Shown in pieces: positions 18,030 through 28,258 of a DNA stretch of 64,000 nt. A program made the position numbers and the translations under genes. A model generated the notes under the pieces. That model worked only from the letters and a program-made list of their open reading frames with translations, ran no database searches and was not told the DNA's origin. Origin of the DNA: Chitinophagales bacterium. Lineage in GTDB: Bacteria; Bacteroidota; Bacteroidia; Chitinophagales; JAUHXS01. The DNA is taken from positions 9,534-73,533 of the forward strand of contig CBDBZN010000019.1 in NCBI GenBank assembly GCA_965213575.1, written 5' to 3'. Each line of letters starts with the position of its first letter. The stretch's first letter is position 1.

Positions 18030-18572
18030 TTAAGAATTAGAAATTTTACATTTAAGGCTAAAAAAAGAATATTTGTCATTTATATCTTGAAACCTATAAT
18101 CTAGTTTTTGCTTAGATTTTCTTAAGATATCAATAAATCCTAGCCCTGCACCTCCTTTATCAGAGAAGCCTTTATTAGCTAATACATCTTGGTAAGCTAA
18201 CTTTAATTCATCTTTAGAAAGAGTGTTTAGTTTTGTAAGCCTTTTATCAAGCCCCTCTACATTTTTTGCTAAGATCATATTACCGGTAACAATAAAATAA
18301 TCATCTTCTTTTTTGCCAAGCATTAAGATAGCTGAATTACCATTACTGCAATCTTTCCCTTGATCTCGATGATGATATACGTTTTGCAAACATTCTACTA
18401 AAACGTTAAATACTTTCTTTTTAATTTTTGGAGCTTCATCTAATACTTCCAATTTAGATTCAGTCATCTGCAATAAAGAAGTTACCAATTCAGATGTGAT
18501 ATTTCCTTTGTAAAGGAGTAAAATATCATTTTCCTCCATTGTTTCATAAAAATGGTATGTATCAAACATCAT
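18030..18572 (-). CDS. SiaB-like small GHKL-type protein kinase
   Basis: 180 aa. LVECLQNVYHH (N-box-like) and DKGGAGLGFIDILRKS (G2-box-like). Lies 14 nt upstream of the SiaC-like gene. Confidence 0.65.
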   Translation of the reverse strand: MMFDTYHFYETMEENDILLLYKGNITSELVTSLLQMTESKLEVLDEAPKIKKKVFNVLVECLQNVYHHRDQGKDCSNGNSAILMLGKKEDDYFIVTGNMILAKNVEGLDKRLTKLNTLSKDELKLAYQDVLANKGFSDKGGAGLGFIDILRKSKQKLDYRFQDINDKYSFFSLKCKISNS

Positions 18573-18581
18573 TTGTGTGTG

Positions 18582-21500
18582 TTATAAGACTTTAATACCT
18601 ATGACAAGTACATCATCTATTTGCTGATGGGCTCGGCGCCAAGATATGAATTTATTTTTAAAAATTTTAAACTGCTCTTCCATTTTTTTCTGCCAATTCT
18701 CTTCAATGATTTCTTTAAATCTCTTTGCTAAAAATTTTTTACCAAATTCTCCACCAAATTGATCTATATATCCATCTGAGAACAGATAGATTCTATCTTC
18801 CTTTTCTAAATCAAATACATGATTTGTAAATGTTCTGTTTTCTCCTACGTTGATATCTCTTCCTCCTATAGGATATCGATCACCTTTAATTTCAATTAAT
18901 TTTCCATTTCTAACTAAATATAAAGGCCTAAAAGCTCCGGCATACTCAAGTTTATTATTTGCAGCATCTAAAGCACAGATGGCAATATCCATCCCATCTC
19001 TCGATTCTGAATCTTCATCTCCTTGTTTTAAAGCTCGTTTTATTTCTATATGAAGTTGATTTAATATTTGCGCCGGCTCAGTAATTTCTTCATGATTTAC
19101 TATATGATTTAACAAAGTATTACCAATTACTGACATAAACGCTCCCGGAACTCCATGGCCTGTACAATCTACGGCTGCAATTATATCTCTGCCATTTTTA
19201 TGGTTATACCAATAAAAATCCCCACTTACAATATCTTTAGGCAAAAAGTAAATAAAGCTTTCAGCAAAAGCATTATACATTTTTTCTTTTACCGGCAATA
19301 TTGCTTCTTGAATTTGTTTAGCATAGGTAATACTATCAGTAATATCTTTATTTTTTTCTTCGATAATATTCTTTTGCTCTAATACTTCCTTATTAATGTT
19401 CTCTACTTTTTCTTTTTCTTTTACCAATTCATCTGTCCTTTCTCTTACCTTTCGTTCTAATACTTTCTTTTCTTTCTCTATTTGTACGGTGCGGTATTTT
19501 ATATACAAATATATTAATCCGGACAGTATCAGTATACAAATTAACCAAAACCAAGCAGTGAGATAAAAAGGTGTTTGAATAATAAAAGAATAAGTAATTG
19601 GTTCTTCATTCCAAACGCCATCATTATTTATAGCTTTTACTTTAAATGTATATTCTCCATAAGGCAAGCTGGAGTAATTGATATCTGTTTTCTCAGTTAT
19701 AGAACTCCATTCTTCATCTAGCCCTTCTAACTTATATCGATATCTTACTTTTTCGGGAGAAGTAAAGCTTATACCAATCCATTCAAACGTAAAACGATTT
19801 TGATGATAATCAAAAGAACTGACTTTGTTTTTATCAATTAGTTCTTTATTAACAGTTATGCCCCGAAAGAGTGTTTTAGGGGGGAGGTCATTAAATTTAT
19901 CGTAAGCAGGATCGTATACTGTAACACCTTCAATAGTTCCAAACCATAGCTTACCATTAACATCCTCGTAAGTGGCATTTTGAATGCATTCAATACCCTT
20001 AAATCCTTCATTTTTACTATAGTATTTAAATTCTACAACATTATTATTATAATATTTATTAAGATCTAGCCGATTAAGCCCGTTAGTATGGCCTATCCAT
20101 AAATTGTTATCTCTGTCAATATTTAAGACTAACACAGAGGCATCTTTTAAGCCCTGTTGAATGCTTAGTTGTATTATGGTATCTTGTTTTATTTGGTAGT
20201 TTAAGATACCTGATCCATAGCTGGCAAACCACATATTTCCCCAAGCGTCTTCTATTACGGTAAGGATATCAGATTGAAGGGCCGACAGATTAGATTTTAT
20301 GATGTTCTTAATGGAACCATCTTTATATACTGAAACGCCTGTAGAGGTTCCAAACCACACAGAATTTTGTTTATCTACATAAACATCCCAAATCCAACTA
20401 TTCGCTAACCCTTCTTTAGAAGTATAATGAGTAAATTTCCCATTTTTATAAGAAGAAGCTCCTGCCTGTGTACCGATCCAAATATTTCCTTGTTGATCTT
20501 CAGCAAGCGTATACACTACATTATTAGTCAAGCCATTTTCAGTATTAAAATGTTTTAATTTATTAGTAGATTCATTATATTGATATAACCCTTCCGAGGT
20601 GCCAAACCATAAAGTATTATTGTCTGCTTTTAGGCTTGACCACACTTTCTTATTTTCTAAGCCTGAAATAGTTTGATTGGAAACTGTGTGGCTAGTTTCT
20701 GCTTTTTTCAAATAAATAAGGCCTGTTTCTAAAGTACCTAAAATGATATCTCCTTTAGAATTATTGACTATTGTAGAAACTTGTTCGCTCTTCAGGCCAT
20801 CTTTGAGAGAATAACTGACAAATTTCGCTCCTCTGAAAATATTTATCCCATTCCCATAAGTTCCTAACCATGTGTTTCCTTCCTTATCTAGATATACAGC
20901 ATATATCTCATTATTAGATAAGCCATTGGCTTTATTATATTCTTCAAAAGTTTTGCCATTATAAAAGATCGCTCCTTTACCTTTTGTTGCTATCCATATT
21001 TTCCCCTTAGCCCCGGGTGCAAGGTCGAGAATTTTAGTATCGTTGAAAAAAGTGTTTTCAATACTAAATTGATCATCTAACTGGTATAATCCTGCTGATG
21101 TAGCTAACCATATTGTACCAGTTGCAGCTTTATAAATACTATAAATGTAGTCTGCCTGAATATTTTTATTTTGCGTCTGATCATTATCAATATTATAAAC
21201 GGCTAATCCCTCTTTTCTAACACCTAACAGAATCTCATTTGGATTAAGAAACTCAAGAGATTCAATATCAAAATCATTGAGCTGCTCAAATGAATTATTA
21301 ATTATTTTCTTTTTCAATTTACATTTATGAAGTCCTCTATTTGTAGCAATCCATAAATCTTTATCATCGCCTTCAAGAATATCTTTGACCACCAGGCCTC
21401 CTAAGTTTTCAAAATACTTAAATTTTGTTCCGTCAAAATAATGCAGGCCTTTGTTAGTACCAACTAGTAGCTCACCTTGAGAAGTTTCAAAGATTGATTT

Positions 21501-21749
21501 TATAAAAATATCTTTTAGGCCGTCAGAAAAAGAGAAGTTCTTTATAAACTTTCCATCATATCTACTTATTCCCCCATAAGTACCGAGCCACATATAACCG
21601 TTATGATCTTGATAAATTTCTGTCACTTGAGATTGTATTAATCCATCATCAACAGAAAGAGATTTAAAAAAGTATTGACTGGCTTTGGAAATAGTGCAGT
21701 TTAAAAATAGAACGGTAAATAAAAAAAAATTTAAACACTTTGACCTCAC
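18582..21749 (-). CDS. sensor phosphatase: periplasmic two-component-regulator propeller repeats + Y_Y_Y domain + TM + coiled coil + PP2C/SpoIIE phosphatase (SiaA-like)
   Basis: Signal peptide. About 600 aa of repeated (W/L)(W/I)(G/A)T..G(L/V)..Y/F units. Y_Y_Y region (RYRYKLEGLDEEWS...YGEYTFKVKA). TM helix LTAWFWLICILILSGLIYLYI. PP2C motifs SGDFYWY, DCTGHGVPGAFMS, DGMDIA and SDGYIDQFGG. Confidence 0.8.
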   Translation of the reverse strand: MRSKCLNFFLFTVLFLNCTISKASQYFFKSLSVDDGLIQSQVTEIYQDHNGYMWLGTYGGISRYDGKFIKNFSFSDGLKDIFIKSIFETSQGELLVGTNKGLHYFDGTKFKYFENLGGLVVKDILEGDDKDLWIATNRGLHKCKLKKKIINNSFEQLNDFDIESLEFLNPNEILLGVRKEGLAVYNIDNDQTQNKNIQADYIYSIYKAATGTIWLATSAGLYQLDDQFSIENTFFNDTKILDLAPGAKGKIWIATKGKGAIFYNGKTFEEYNKANGLSNNEIYAVYLDKEGNTWLGTYGNGINIFRGAKFVSYSLKDGLKSEQVSTIVNNSKGDIILGTLETGLIYLKKAETSHTVSNQTISGLENKKVWSSLKADNNTLWFGTSEGLYQYNESTNKLKHFNTENGLTNNVVYTLAEDQQGNIWIGTQAGASSYKNGKFTHYTSKEGLANSWIWDVYVDKQNSVWFGTSTGVSVYKDGSIKNIIKSNLSALQSDILTVIEDAWGNMWFASYGSGILNYQIKQDTIIQLSIQQGLKDASVLVLNIDRDNNLWIGHTNGLNRLDLNKYYNNNVVEFKYYSKNEGFKGIECIQNATYEDVNGKLWFGTIEGVTVYDPAYDKFNDLPPKTLFRGITVNKELIDKNKVSSFDYHQNRFTFEWIGISFTSPEKVRYRYKLEGLDEEWSSITEKTDINYSSLPYGEYTFKVKAINNDGVWNEEPITYSFIIQTPFYLTAWFWLICILILSGLIYLYIKYRTVQIEKEKKVLERKVRERTDELVKEKEKVENINKEVLEQKNIIEEKNKDITDSITYAKQIQEAILPVKEKMYNAFAESFIYFLPKDIVSGDFYWYNHKNGRDIIAAVDCTGHGVPGAFMSVIGNTLLNHIVNHEEITEPAQILNQLHIEIKRALKQGDEDSESRDGMDIAICALDAANNKLEYAGAFRPLYLVRNGKLIEIKGDRYPIGGRDINVGENRTFTNHVFDLEKEDRIYLFSDGYIDQFGGEFGKKFLAKRFKEIIEENWQKKMEEQFKIFKNKFISWRRAHQQIDDVLVIGIKVL

Positions 21750-21835
21750 TACGACAGCTATTGATTTGGAAGCTAAGATAATATTTATAAATTAATTACT
21801 AAAAGTAAGCTTTAGTAACTGCTAAAGATGATCTT

Positions 21836-23698
21836 TCACATTGCATTGAGCATATTTTTTATCTTTGCTGCCTCTTCTTTATTCCCGATTGCAGTGTATA
21901 AGTTGATCAACTTTTCGAAATCACTAAGTGCCTTTTGCTTTTCTCCTATATCTAAATATAAATTTGCTCTGCCATAATAAATACTTGCATAATTAGGATC
22001 GATCTTTAATGCTAAATTGTAATCCTGCAAAGCTGCGGCGTAATTGTCGGTTAAATAATGGGCATTGCCTCTGAGTAGATAAGCATCTTTAGTAGCAGCA
22101 TGCGAAATTACTACGGTGAGGTCAGCTATTGCTTTTGCAAATTCACTTAAATTATAATATGCATTCCCACGATTATAATATGCTATGATATAATTTTGAT
22201 CTAGGAAGATAGCTTTGTTACAATCCACAATTGCTAAGTCGTACTTTTTTACTAGAAATAAAGCTTTACATCTATTATTAAAAGCTTCCTTAAATCCGGG
22301 GTCAACTTTCACAGCTTGCGTATAATTTTGAATAGCACCGGTATAATCCCCTACTCTTAATTGAGCATTTCCGAGATTATAATACGCTTTTCGATTACGT
22401 TGATCTATGGCAACAGCTTTAGTCCAGTCAGCTATAGCTAATTGATAATTGCCTTGATCTTCATAAGCCTTGCCCCTGTTTAAATAAGCGGTTGGCACCT
22501 CATCATACTGATCAATTACACTCGACCAAAGGGAAATGCTATTATCCCAGTTTTTAGCATATGTATTGTTTTTAAAAGTTAGCAAAAAAAGGTAAATACC
22601 TACGCCAATAACAATTGGATATCTAATATTGGGATAATATGTTATGATTTTACTTATCCCTTCAGCAAGTACTATAAATATCCCAATAGATGCGATATAA
22701 ATATTTCTATCTGCTATTAAAATATTGCCATAAGGTAAGATTTGTAAAAGCGGAAATATATTTACAATAAAAAATAACATCCCGAAAACCATCAAATTGT
22801 TTTGCCTGCATTTTCGCCAGAATAACACCCCTAATCCGGTTAATAAAAATGGTGCTAAACAGCCAATTAAAGCTATGTTTTCTCTAAATAAGATCGTATT
22901 TGGATAAAAAGCAGATAATTTGATAGGAAATAAAATTTTAACAAGATATAGCGTCAAAGCTAAAAATGGTTTTAAAATTTGTGCTATTATCGGTAAGGTT
23001 GTGGTTGAGATGGCATCAGATGACTGTTGTGCTTTAATGGCAAGTATGCCAAACATTAAGGCAATGATTAAAAATATTGCTTTCGCTGAAATATTTTTTT
23101 TTAACTTTTCTCTGTAAAAGCACCAATCAATTAAGATCATCACAACAGGAAAAGTTACTGCTACTCCTTTGCTAAGCAGGGAGTACAGAAACAGGATTCC
23201 GGTAAATATTAAAAAAATAATACGCGAAGTGTCCCGATATTTTAAATAAGTAATCAGCCCTGCCAAAAAGAAAAAAGCATACAACACATTTTTCCGCTCC
23301 GAGATCCATACTACTGATTCTACGTTCATTGGATGCACGACAAACAAAAGCGCTGCAAAAAGAGATATCCAAATATTTTGTGTCAGTAAGATGATCAGAT
23401 AAAACAATAACCCTGCAGAAAGAGTATGGATTACTATATTAGTAAAATGAAACCCTTTAGCATTTAGTTGATAAAATTTATAATCTACCGACAAAGAAAT
23501 CATTGTTAATGGATGATAATTGCCCATGATGTAATTTTGGAAATGATATTGAATATTCTCCCAATTAACAGCTCGAATATGTTCGTTTTCTACAACATAA
23601 TCTACATCATCCCAATTTGTAAAATCATAATCCAGCGTATGCCAGTAAAGTGCTAGTGAAAAAAAGAATACAATAACTAGAGCAATCTTTTTATTCAT
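21836..23698 (-). CDS. TMTC-like polytopic membrane protein (glycosyltransferase-C fold family) with C-terminal TPR repeats
   Basis: N-terminal FTNWDDVDYVVENEHI motif, about 10 TM helices, then TPR units (AYLNRGKAYEDQGNYQLAIADWTKAVAIDQ... repeated). Overlaps the mazG stop by 8 nt. Confidence 0.6.
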   Translation of the reverse strand: MNKKIALVIVFFFSLALYWHTLDYDFTNWDDVDYVVENEHIRAVNWENIQYHFQNYIMGNYHPLTMISLSVDYKFYQLNAKGFHFTNIVIHTLSAGLLFYLIILLTQNIWISLFAALLFVVHPMNVESVVWISERKNVLYAFFFLAGLITYLKYRDTSRIIFLIFTGILFLYSLLSKGVAVTFPVVMILIDWCFYREKLKKNISAKAIFLIIALMFGILAIKAQQSSDAISTTTLPIIAQILKPFLALTLYLVKILFPIKLSAFYPNTILFRENIALIGCLAPFLLTGLGVLFWRKCRQNNLMVFGMLFFIVNIFPLLQILPYGNILIADRNIYIASIGIFIVLAEGISKIITYYPNIRYPIVIGVGIYLFLLTFKNNTYAKNWDNSISLWSSVIDQYDEVPTAYLNRGKAYEDQGNYQLAIADWTKAVAIDQRNRKAYYNLGNAQLRVGDYTGAIQNYTQAVKVDPGFKEAFNNRCKALFLVKKYDLAIVDCNKAIFLDQNYIIAYYNRGNAYYNLSEFAKAIADLTVVISHAATKDAYLLRGNAHYLTDNYAAALQDYNLALKIDPNYASIYYGRANLYLDIGEKQKALSDFEKLINLYTAIGNKEEAAKIKNMLNAM

Positions 23699-24461
23699 GA
23701 AGCTTTTTAGCTTTATCCCATAGCTGATCCAACTCTTCTATATTCATATCATTAAGCTGTAACTTTTCTTGTCGAGCAAAATCTTCCATCTTCTTAAATC
23801 TTTTAATAAATTTATTATTCGCCTTTGACAAAGCAGTTTCCGGATCAATATTTACTGCTCTGGCATAATTAACGATAGAAAACATCAAGTCACCAAACTC
23901 TTCTTCTATAGCTAAGCGGTTTTGACTTTCTTCGGCTTCTTTTAGCTCAGCCATTTCTTCTTCAACTTTTTCCCATACTTGATCTTTGTGCTCCCAGTCG
24001 AAGCCTATTTGCGCTACTTTTTCTTGAATACGATAGGCTTTAACCACAGAAGGAAGTGATTTGGGTACGCCTTGTAAAATTGATTTTTTGCCGGATTTTA
24101 ATTTAATTTTTTCCCAGTTTTGCTTTACTTCTTCTTCATCTTTTACTTTAACATCGCTATATATATGAGGATGCCTTTCTATTAGTTTATCACACAGATC
24201 ATTAATAGCCTCATCAATGGTAAAAGCATTTTTCTCAGCACCTATTTTAGCATAAAAGACAATATGCAGAAGTATATCTCCAATCTCTTCCTTGATTCCA
24301 ATTAAATTGTTGTGATCTATTTCATCAACCAATTCATAAACTTCTTCAATCGTCAATTTTCGGAGAGATTGAATTGTTTGTTTTCTATCCCAAGGACATT
24401 TTTCTCTGAGTTCATCCATGATATTAACTAATCTTTCGAATGCTGCACCACTTTTGCCCAT
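23691..24461 (-). CDS. mazG: nucleoside triphosphate pyrophosphohydrolase MazG
   Basis: Tandem MazG domains: LREKCPWDRKQT..SL....IEEVYEL.DEI and a second EE.GDL.F..VN.AR. 256 aa. Confidence 0.85.
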   Translation of the reverse strand: MGKSGAAFERLVNIMDELREKCPWDRKQTIQSLRKLTIEEVYELVDEIDHNNLIGIKEEIGDILLHIVFYAKIGAEKNAFTIDEAINDLCDKLIERHPHIYSDVKVKDEEEVKQNWEKIKLKSGKKSILQGVPKSLPSVVKAYRIQEKVAQIGFDWEHKDQVWEKVEEEMAELKEAEESQNRLAIEEEFGDLMFSIVNYARAVNIDPETALSKANNKFIKRFKKMEDFARQEKLQLNDMNIEELDQLWDKAKKLHE

Positions 24462-24548
24462 AATGATTGGTTATTTATCTACAAAACTATAAATTGTGAA
24501 CCAATTAAGCGTTAAATGAATTATATTTATAAATAACTTTAACATCTC

Positions 24549-24740
24549 ATGGGCATTATCATTATTACTGTTTTAGTTTTAGGTGTTTCTGTTGCCATGT
24601 TAGCTACTAGAATTTTGCTCGTAAAAAATGGCGAGTTTAAAGGCACTTGCTCCTCTAACAACCCAATCTTAAAAAATGAGTTGGGCGAATGCACCCTCTG
24701 CGGTGCCAAGCCGGAAGAGGCTTGTAAGAGTGATGAATAG
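24549..24740 (+). CDS. small single-TM Cys-rich protein, possibly NqrM-like
   Basis: 63 aa. TM helix IIIITVLVLGVSVAMLATRILL, then KGTCSS...GECTLCG...C, reminiscent of the GSCGG...C.C pattern of (Na+)-NQR maturation protein NqrM. Assignment is by motif only. Confidence 0.35.
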   Translation: MGIIIITVLVLGVSVAMLATRILLVKNGEFKGTCSSNNPILKNELGECTLCGAKPEEACKSDE

Positions 24741-24784
24741 CACAGATAACTATCCTCTTTTCTAAAACTTATAGCTTTTGCAAA

Positions 24785-24792
24785 TAATTTTG
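24785..24792 (+). promoter_or_regulatory. candidate -7 promoter box (TAatTTTG) for the multiheme cytochrome gene
   Basis: taattttg matches TAnnTTTG and lies 40 nt upstream of the ATG at 24832. Confidence 0.3.
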
Positions 24793-24831
24793 TAATATGG
24801 CTTCCGTTCATTATTGGTAAGAAAAATCTTC

Positions 24832-26760
24832 ATGAAAGCTGTTTATATTCTTCTAATTTCCTTACTACTTTTTGCATGCTCTGAAGATAAAAGTTCAAAT
24901 TCTACTGGTAAGAATCTCCAAAACAAACAAGTCTTTCTTAATCACCATGATTCCGTAACCTATGTTGGGATAGATCAATGTAAGACATGCCATGCAAATA
25001 TCTATAATACTTTTATTAAGACTGGCATGGGGCAATCGTTTGATAGGGCAACACGACAAAAAAGTTTAGCGAAATTTGATGAGCATGCATTGGTGTACGA
25101 TAAAGACCTGGACTATTATTATAAACCATTTTGGAAAAACGACAGTTTTTTTATTAATGAATTTAGGTTGGTTGGCACCGATACAGTATATCAAAGAATC
25201 GAACATGTAAAATATATCGTCGGGTCGGGCCAACATACTAATTCACACATCATCGACATTAACGGATATTTATATCAAGCTCCTATAACCTTCTACACGC
25301 AAGAGCAAAAATGGGATTTGGCTCCCGGCTTTGATAAAGGTTTTAATTCTAGGTTTACAAGAATTATTGGCAAAGAATGTATGACTTGCCATAATGGACT
25401 TCCCCACCATGTACAAGGGTCTGAAAATAAATATGATCAAATACTCAATGGTATTGATTGCGAACGTTGTCACGGACCCGGGTCTTTGCATGTAGCAGAA
25501 AAATCTAAAGGTATATTGATAGATACATCAAAATATATGGATTCCACGATTGTGAATCCGGCTAAATTATCACTTGAGCTACAAATGAGCTTATGCCAGC
25601 GTTGTCATTTACAAGGCATAGCTGTATTGCAGCCTGAAAAAGATTTTGAAGATTTTAGACCTGGCATGAATTTATCTTCTATCATGGAAATTTTTTTACC
25701 GAGGTATGAGAACGATAATCAGTTCATCATGGCTTCACAAGCTGACCGATTGCGACAAAGCCCCTGCTTTAAAGAATCAAAAAAAATTAGTTGTATTACT
25801 TGTCATAATCCTCATCATAGTGTCACCACTTCAGGCGCTGATTTTTTTAACAACACTTGTAAGAGTTGTCACGATCCTCAAAAAGAAATAAATTTATGTG
25901 AGGAACCTTTAGAAACTCGATTGGCAGTCAATAATAATAACTGTTATAAATGTCATATGCCAAAATCAGGAAGTATAGACATACCGCATGTTGCGATCAC
26001 CGATCACTACATTCGAAAACCTGTAAAAAAAGAAGAGATTGATAAGCTTCAGAATTTTGTAGATTTAGCCTGCCTAACGAATGAAAACCCTTCTGATTTT
26101 ATGAAAGGAAAAGGATATTTAGCATTATATGAGAAATTTTCTTCAAACAAAGCATTTTTAGATTCAGCTGCTGTGTATTTGAATAAAGCTAAACATATTG
26201 GGTCAGAACAAGAATTGTTACAATCTACAATTCATCTTTATTTTCTTCAAGAAAAATATAATTCAATATTGAACCTCCTAGAGCAAAACCCTGATATCAC
26301 TTTTAGAGACGGATGGACTAATTATAGAATTGGAGATGCGTATTATTTAGCAGGAAATATTCAAGAGGCTATAAATTATTATAAAGCAAGTATCACTATT
26401 GCTCCTTATAGTTTAGATTTTTTAAATAAATTGGGCAGTGCTTACATCAAACAGAAAGAATATACTAAAGCTAAAAAGATATTTGAAAACATCCTTCAGG
26501 AAAATCCTAAATATTATGTAGCGCTGTCAAACTTAGGTTTTACCTATCTTAACCTTGGTAACAGAGAAAAAGCGCTTCAATTTTATAACCAAGCATTAGC
26601 TATCAATCCCGATTATCAGCAAGCAATTTTAAATAAGGTTGGTATTTATATATTAAACAACGAAATTTACCAAGCACGAAAAACGTTAATAGAATTAATA
26701 GAACGCGATCCTGACAATCAAAAAGCAAAACAAATATTGCAATCTATCCCTTCGATATAA
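24832..26760 (+). CDS. lipoprotein multiheme c-type cytochrome (7 CxxCH) fused to C-terminal TPR repeats
   Basis: The likely start is ATG 24832 (MKAVYILLISLLLFAC lipobox); the ORF track starts at an upstream TTG. Heme motifs are CKTCH, CMTCH, CERCH, CQRCH, CITCH, CKSCH and CYKCH. The C-terminal ~200 aa are TPR-like. Confidence 0.75.
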   Translation: MKAVYILLISLLLFACSEDKSSNSTGKNLQNKQVFLNHHDSVTYVGIDQCKTCHANIYNTFIKTGMGQSFDRATRQKSLAKFDEHALVYDKDLDYYYKPFWKNDSFFINEFRLVGTDTVYQRIEHVKYIVGSGQHTNSHIIDINGYLYQAPITFYTQEQKWDLAPGFDKGFNSRFTRIIGKECMTCHNGLPHHVQGSENKYDQILNGIDCERCHGPGSLHVAEKSKGILIDTSKYMDSTIVNPAKLSLELQMSLCQRCHLQGIAVLQPEKDFEDFRPGMNLSSIMEIFLPRYENDNQFIMASQADRLRQSPCFKESKKISCITCHNPHHSVTTSGADFFNNTCKSCHDPQKEINLCEEPLETRLAVNNNNCYKCHMPKSGSIDIPHVAITDHYIRKPVKKEEIDKLQNFVDLACLTNENPSDFMKGKGYLALYEKFSSNKAFLDSAAVYLNKAKHIGSEQELLQSTIHLYFLQEKYNSILNLLEQNPDITFRDGWTNYRIGDAYYLAGNIQEAINYYKASITIAPYSLDFLNKLGSAYIKQKEYTKAKKIFENILQENPKYYVALSNLGFTYLNLGNREKALQFYNQALAINPDYQQAILNKVGIYILNNEIYQARKTLIELIERDPDNQKAKQILQSIPSI

Positions 26761-26776
26761 TCCGGAATGAGGAAGT

Positions 26777-27844
26777 ATGGCCAAAAAGAAAAAGAATAAA
26801 AATAATTCATCTACGCTTAAAAAAGTTTTTTTACTCCTTTTATCAATAGCTGTTATTTGGGGGCTTGTTTTTGTATATGACTTATATAGAAAGGTATATG
26901 CTCCAAATGTAAAGGACCATAGCGGATTTAATCATTACCTCTACATTGCATCCGATGCAACATATGAAGATGTAGTGGCTACCTTAGTTAGAAGGCAAAT
27001 TATTATGAATGAAGAATCATTTAAATGGGTAGCGTATAAAATGAATTACCCTAATCATATCAACCCCGGACGCTACTATATCAAACCTAAGATGAATAAC
27101 CGAGAGTTAATTTCATTGCTAAGAAGCGGAGAGCAAAAACCCGTTCAAGTAGTTATCAAAGAATATCGGACAAAAGAACAACTTATTGATTATGTGTCTT
27201 CTGTTTTAGAAGCAGATTCAACTATTTTAAGTAATCTATTTAAAGATCCGATATTTTTACGGCAGTATGGATTAAAGCCGGAATCTGTCATCAGCATATT
27301 CATTGCAAATACTTATGAATTTTACTGGAATACCAGTGCTTCTCAATTTTTTGAAAGGATGGTTAATGAATATAAAAAATTCTGGAATGCAGAGCGCTTA
27401 GCAAAAGCAAAAAAATTAGGGCTCACACCTTTGGAAGTAATGACTTTAGCATCTATTGTAGAAGAAGAAACTTATAGAATGGATGAAAATGCCATGGTAG
27501 CAGGGGTATATCTCAACAGATTAAAAAAGGGCATGCGATTGGAGGCAGACCCTACAGTAAAATTTGCCGTTGGTGATTTTACTTTAAAAAGGATTTTAAA
27601 AGAACATACAAGACATAATTCTCCATATAATACCTATAGAAATAGAGGCCTTCCTCCCGGCCCTATTTGTATTCCTTCTATCACTACGATTGATGGCACA
27701 CTTGATGCCAAAGATCACAATTACTTATACTTTTGTGCTGACGCATCTTTTAATGGGTATCATAAATTTGCCAGTACTTATCAGCAACATTTAATAAATG
27801 CACGTAATTACAGAGCTGAATTAGATAAAAGAACTATCAAATAA
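26777..27844 (+). CDS. mltG: endolytic murein transglycosylase MltG (YceG family)
   Basis: N-terminal TM anchor. TLASIVEEET, YLNRLKKGMRLEADPTV, SPYNTYRNRGLPPGPI and YLYFCA motifs. Confidence 0.85.
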   Translation: MAKKKKNKNNSSTLKKVFLLLLSIAVIWGLVFVYDLYRKVYAPNVKDHSGFNHYLYIASDATYEDVVATLVRRQIIMNEESFKWVAYKMNYPNHINPGRYYIKPKMNNRELISLLRSGEQKPVQVVIKEYRTKEQLIDYVSSVLEADSTILSNLFKDPIFLRQYGLKPESVISIFIANTYEFYWNTSASQFFERMVNEYKKFWNAERLAKAKKLGLTPLEVMTLASIVEEETYRMDENAMVAGVYLNRLKKGMRLEADPTVKFAVGDFTLKRILKEHTRHNSPYNTYRNRGLPPGPICIPSITTIDGTLDAKDHNYLYFCADASFNGYHKFASTYQQHLINARNYRAELDKRTIK

Positions 27845-28258
27845 ATGTATCAAGCAACCACACAGGTAAGAGTTCGCTATGGTGAAACCGATAAAATGGG
27901 CTATGCTTACTATGGTAACTACATGTTGTATTATGAAGTGGGAAGAACAGATGCTTTACGAGAACTAGGCTTAACTTACCGCCAATTGGAAGAAGACGGT
28001 ATTATGTTGCCGGTTTTGGAACTTAATAGTAAATACTTAAAACCTGTATATTATGATGATGTTCTAACTGTTGTCACGCAGATCAATACATTACCGGGTG
28101 TTCGAATCAAGTTTGACTATAGCATATATAACGAAGCTAAAGAGATTGTTAATAAAGGCAATACTACATTAGTATTTATATCAGAAAAAGATAAACGGCC
28201 ATGCCCACCGCCAAAATATTTCTTAGATAAAATAAGAGGATTTTTCGCTACTACATGA
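27845..28258 (+). CDS. acyl-CoA thioesterase, YbgC/4HBT hot-dog family
   Basis: VRVRYGETDKMGYAYYGNYMLYYEVGRTDALRELG. 137 aa. Start abuts the mltG stop. Confidence 0.75.
   Translation: MYQATTQVRVRYGETDKMGYAYYGNYMLYYEVGRTDALRELGLTYRQLEEDGIMLPVLELNSKYLKPVYYDDVLTVVTQINTLPGVRIKFDYSIYNEAKEIVNKGNTTLVFISEKDKRPCPPPKYFLDKIRGFFATT

Noticed and set aside
24539-24811. 90-aa minus-strand ORF overlapping the NqrM-like gene
   Set aside because: It is antisense to a better-supported small TM/Cys-rich ORF, its composition is not protein-like, and it runs into the promoter of the cytochrome gene.
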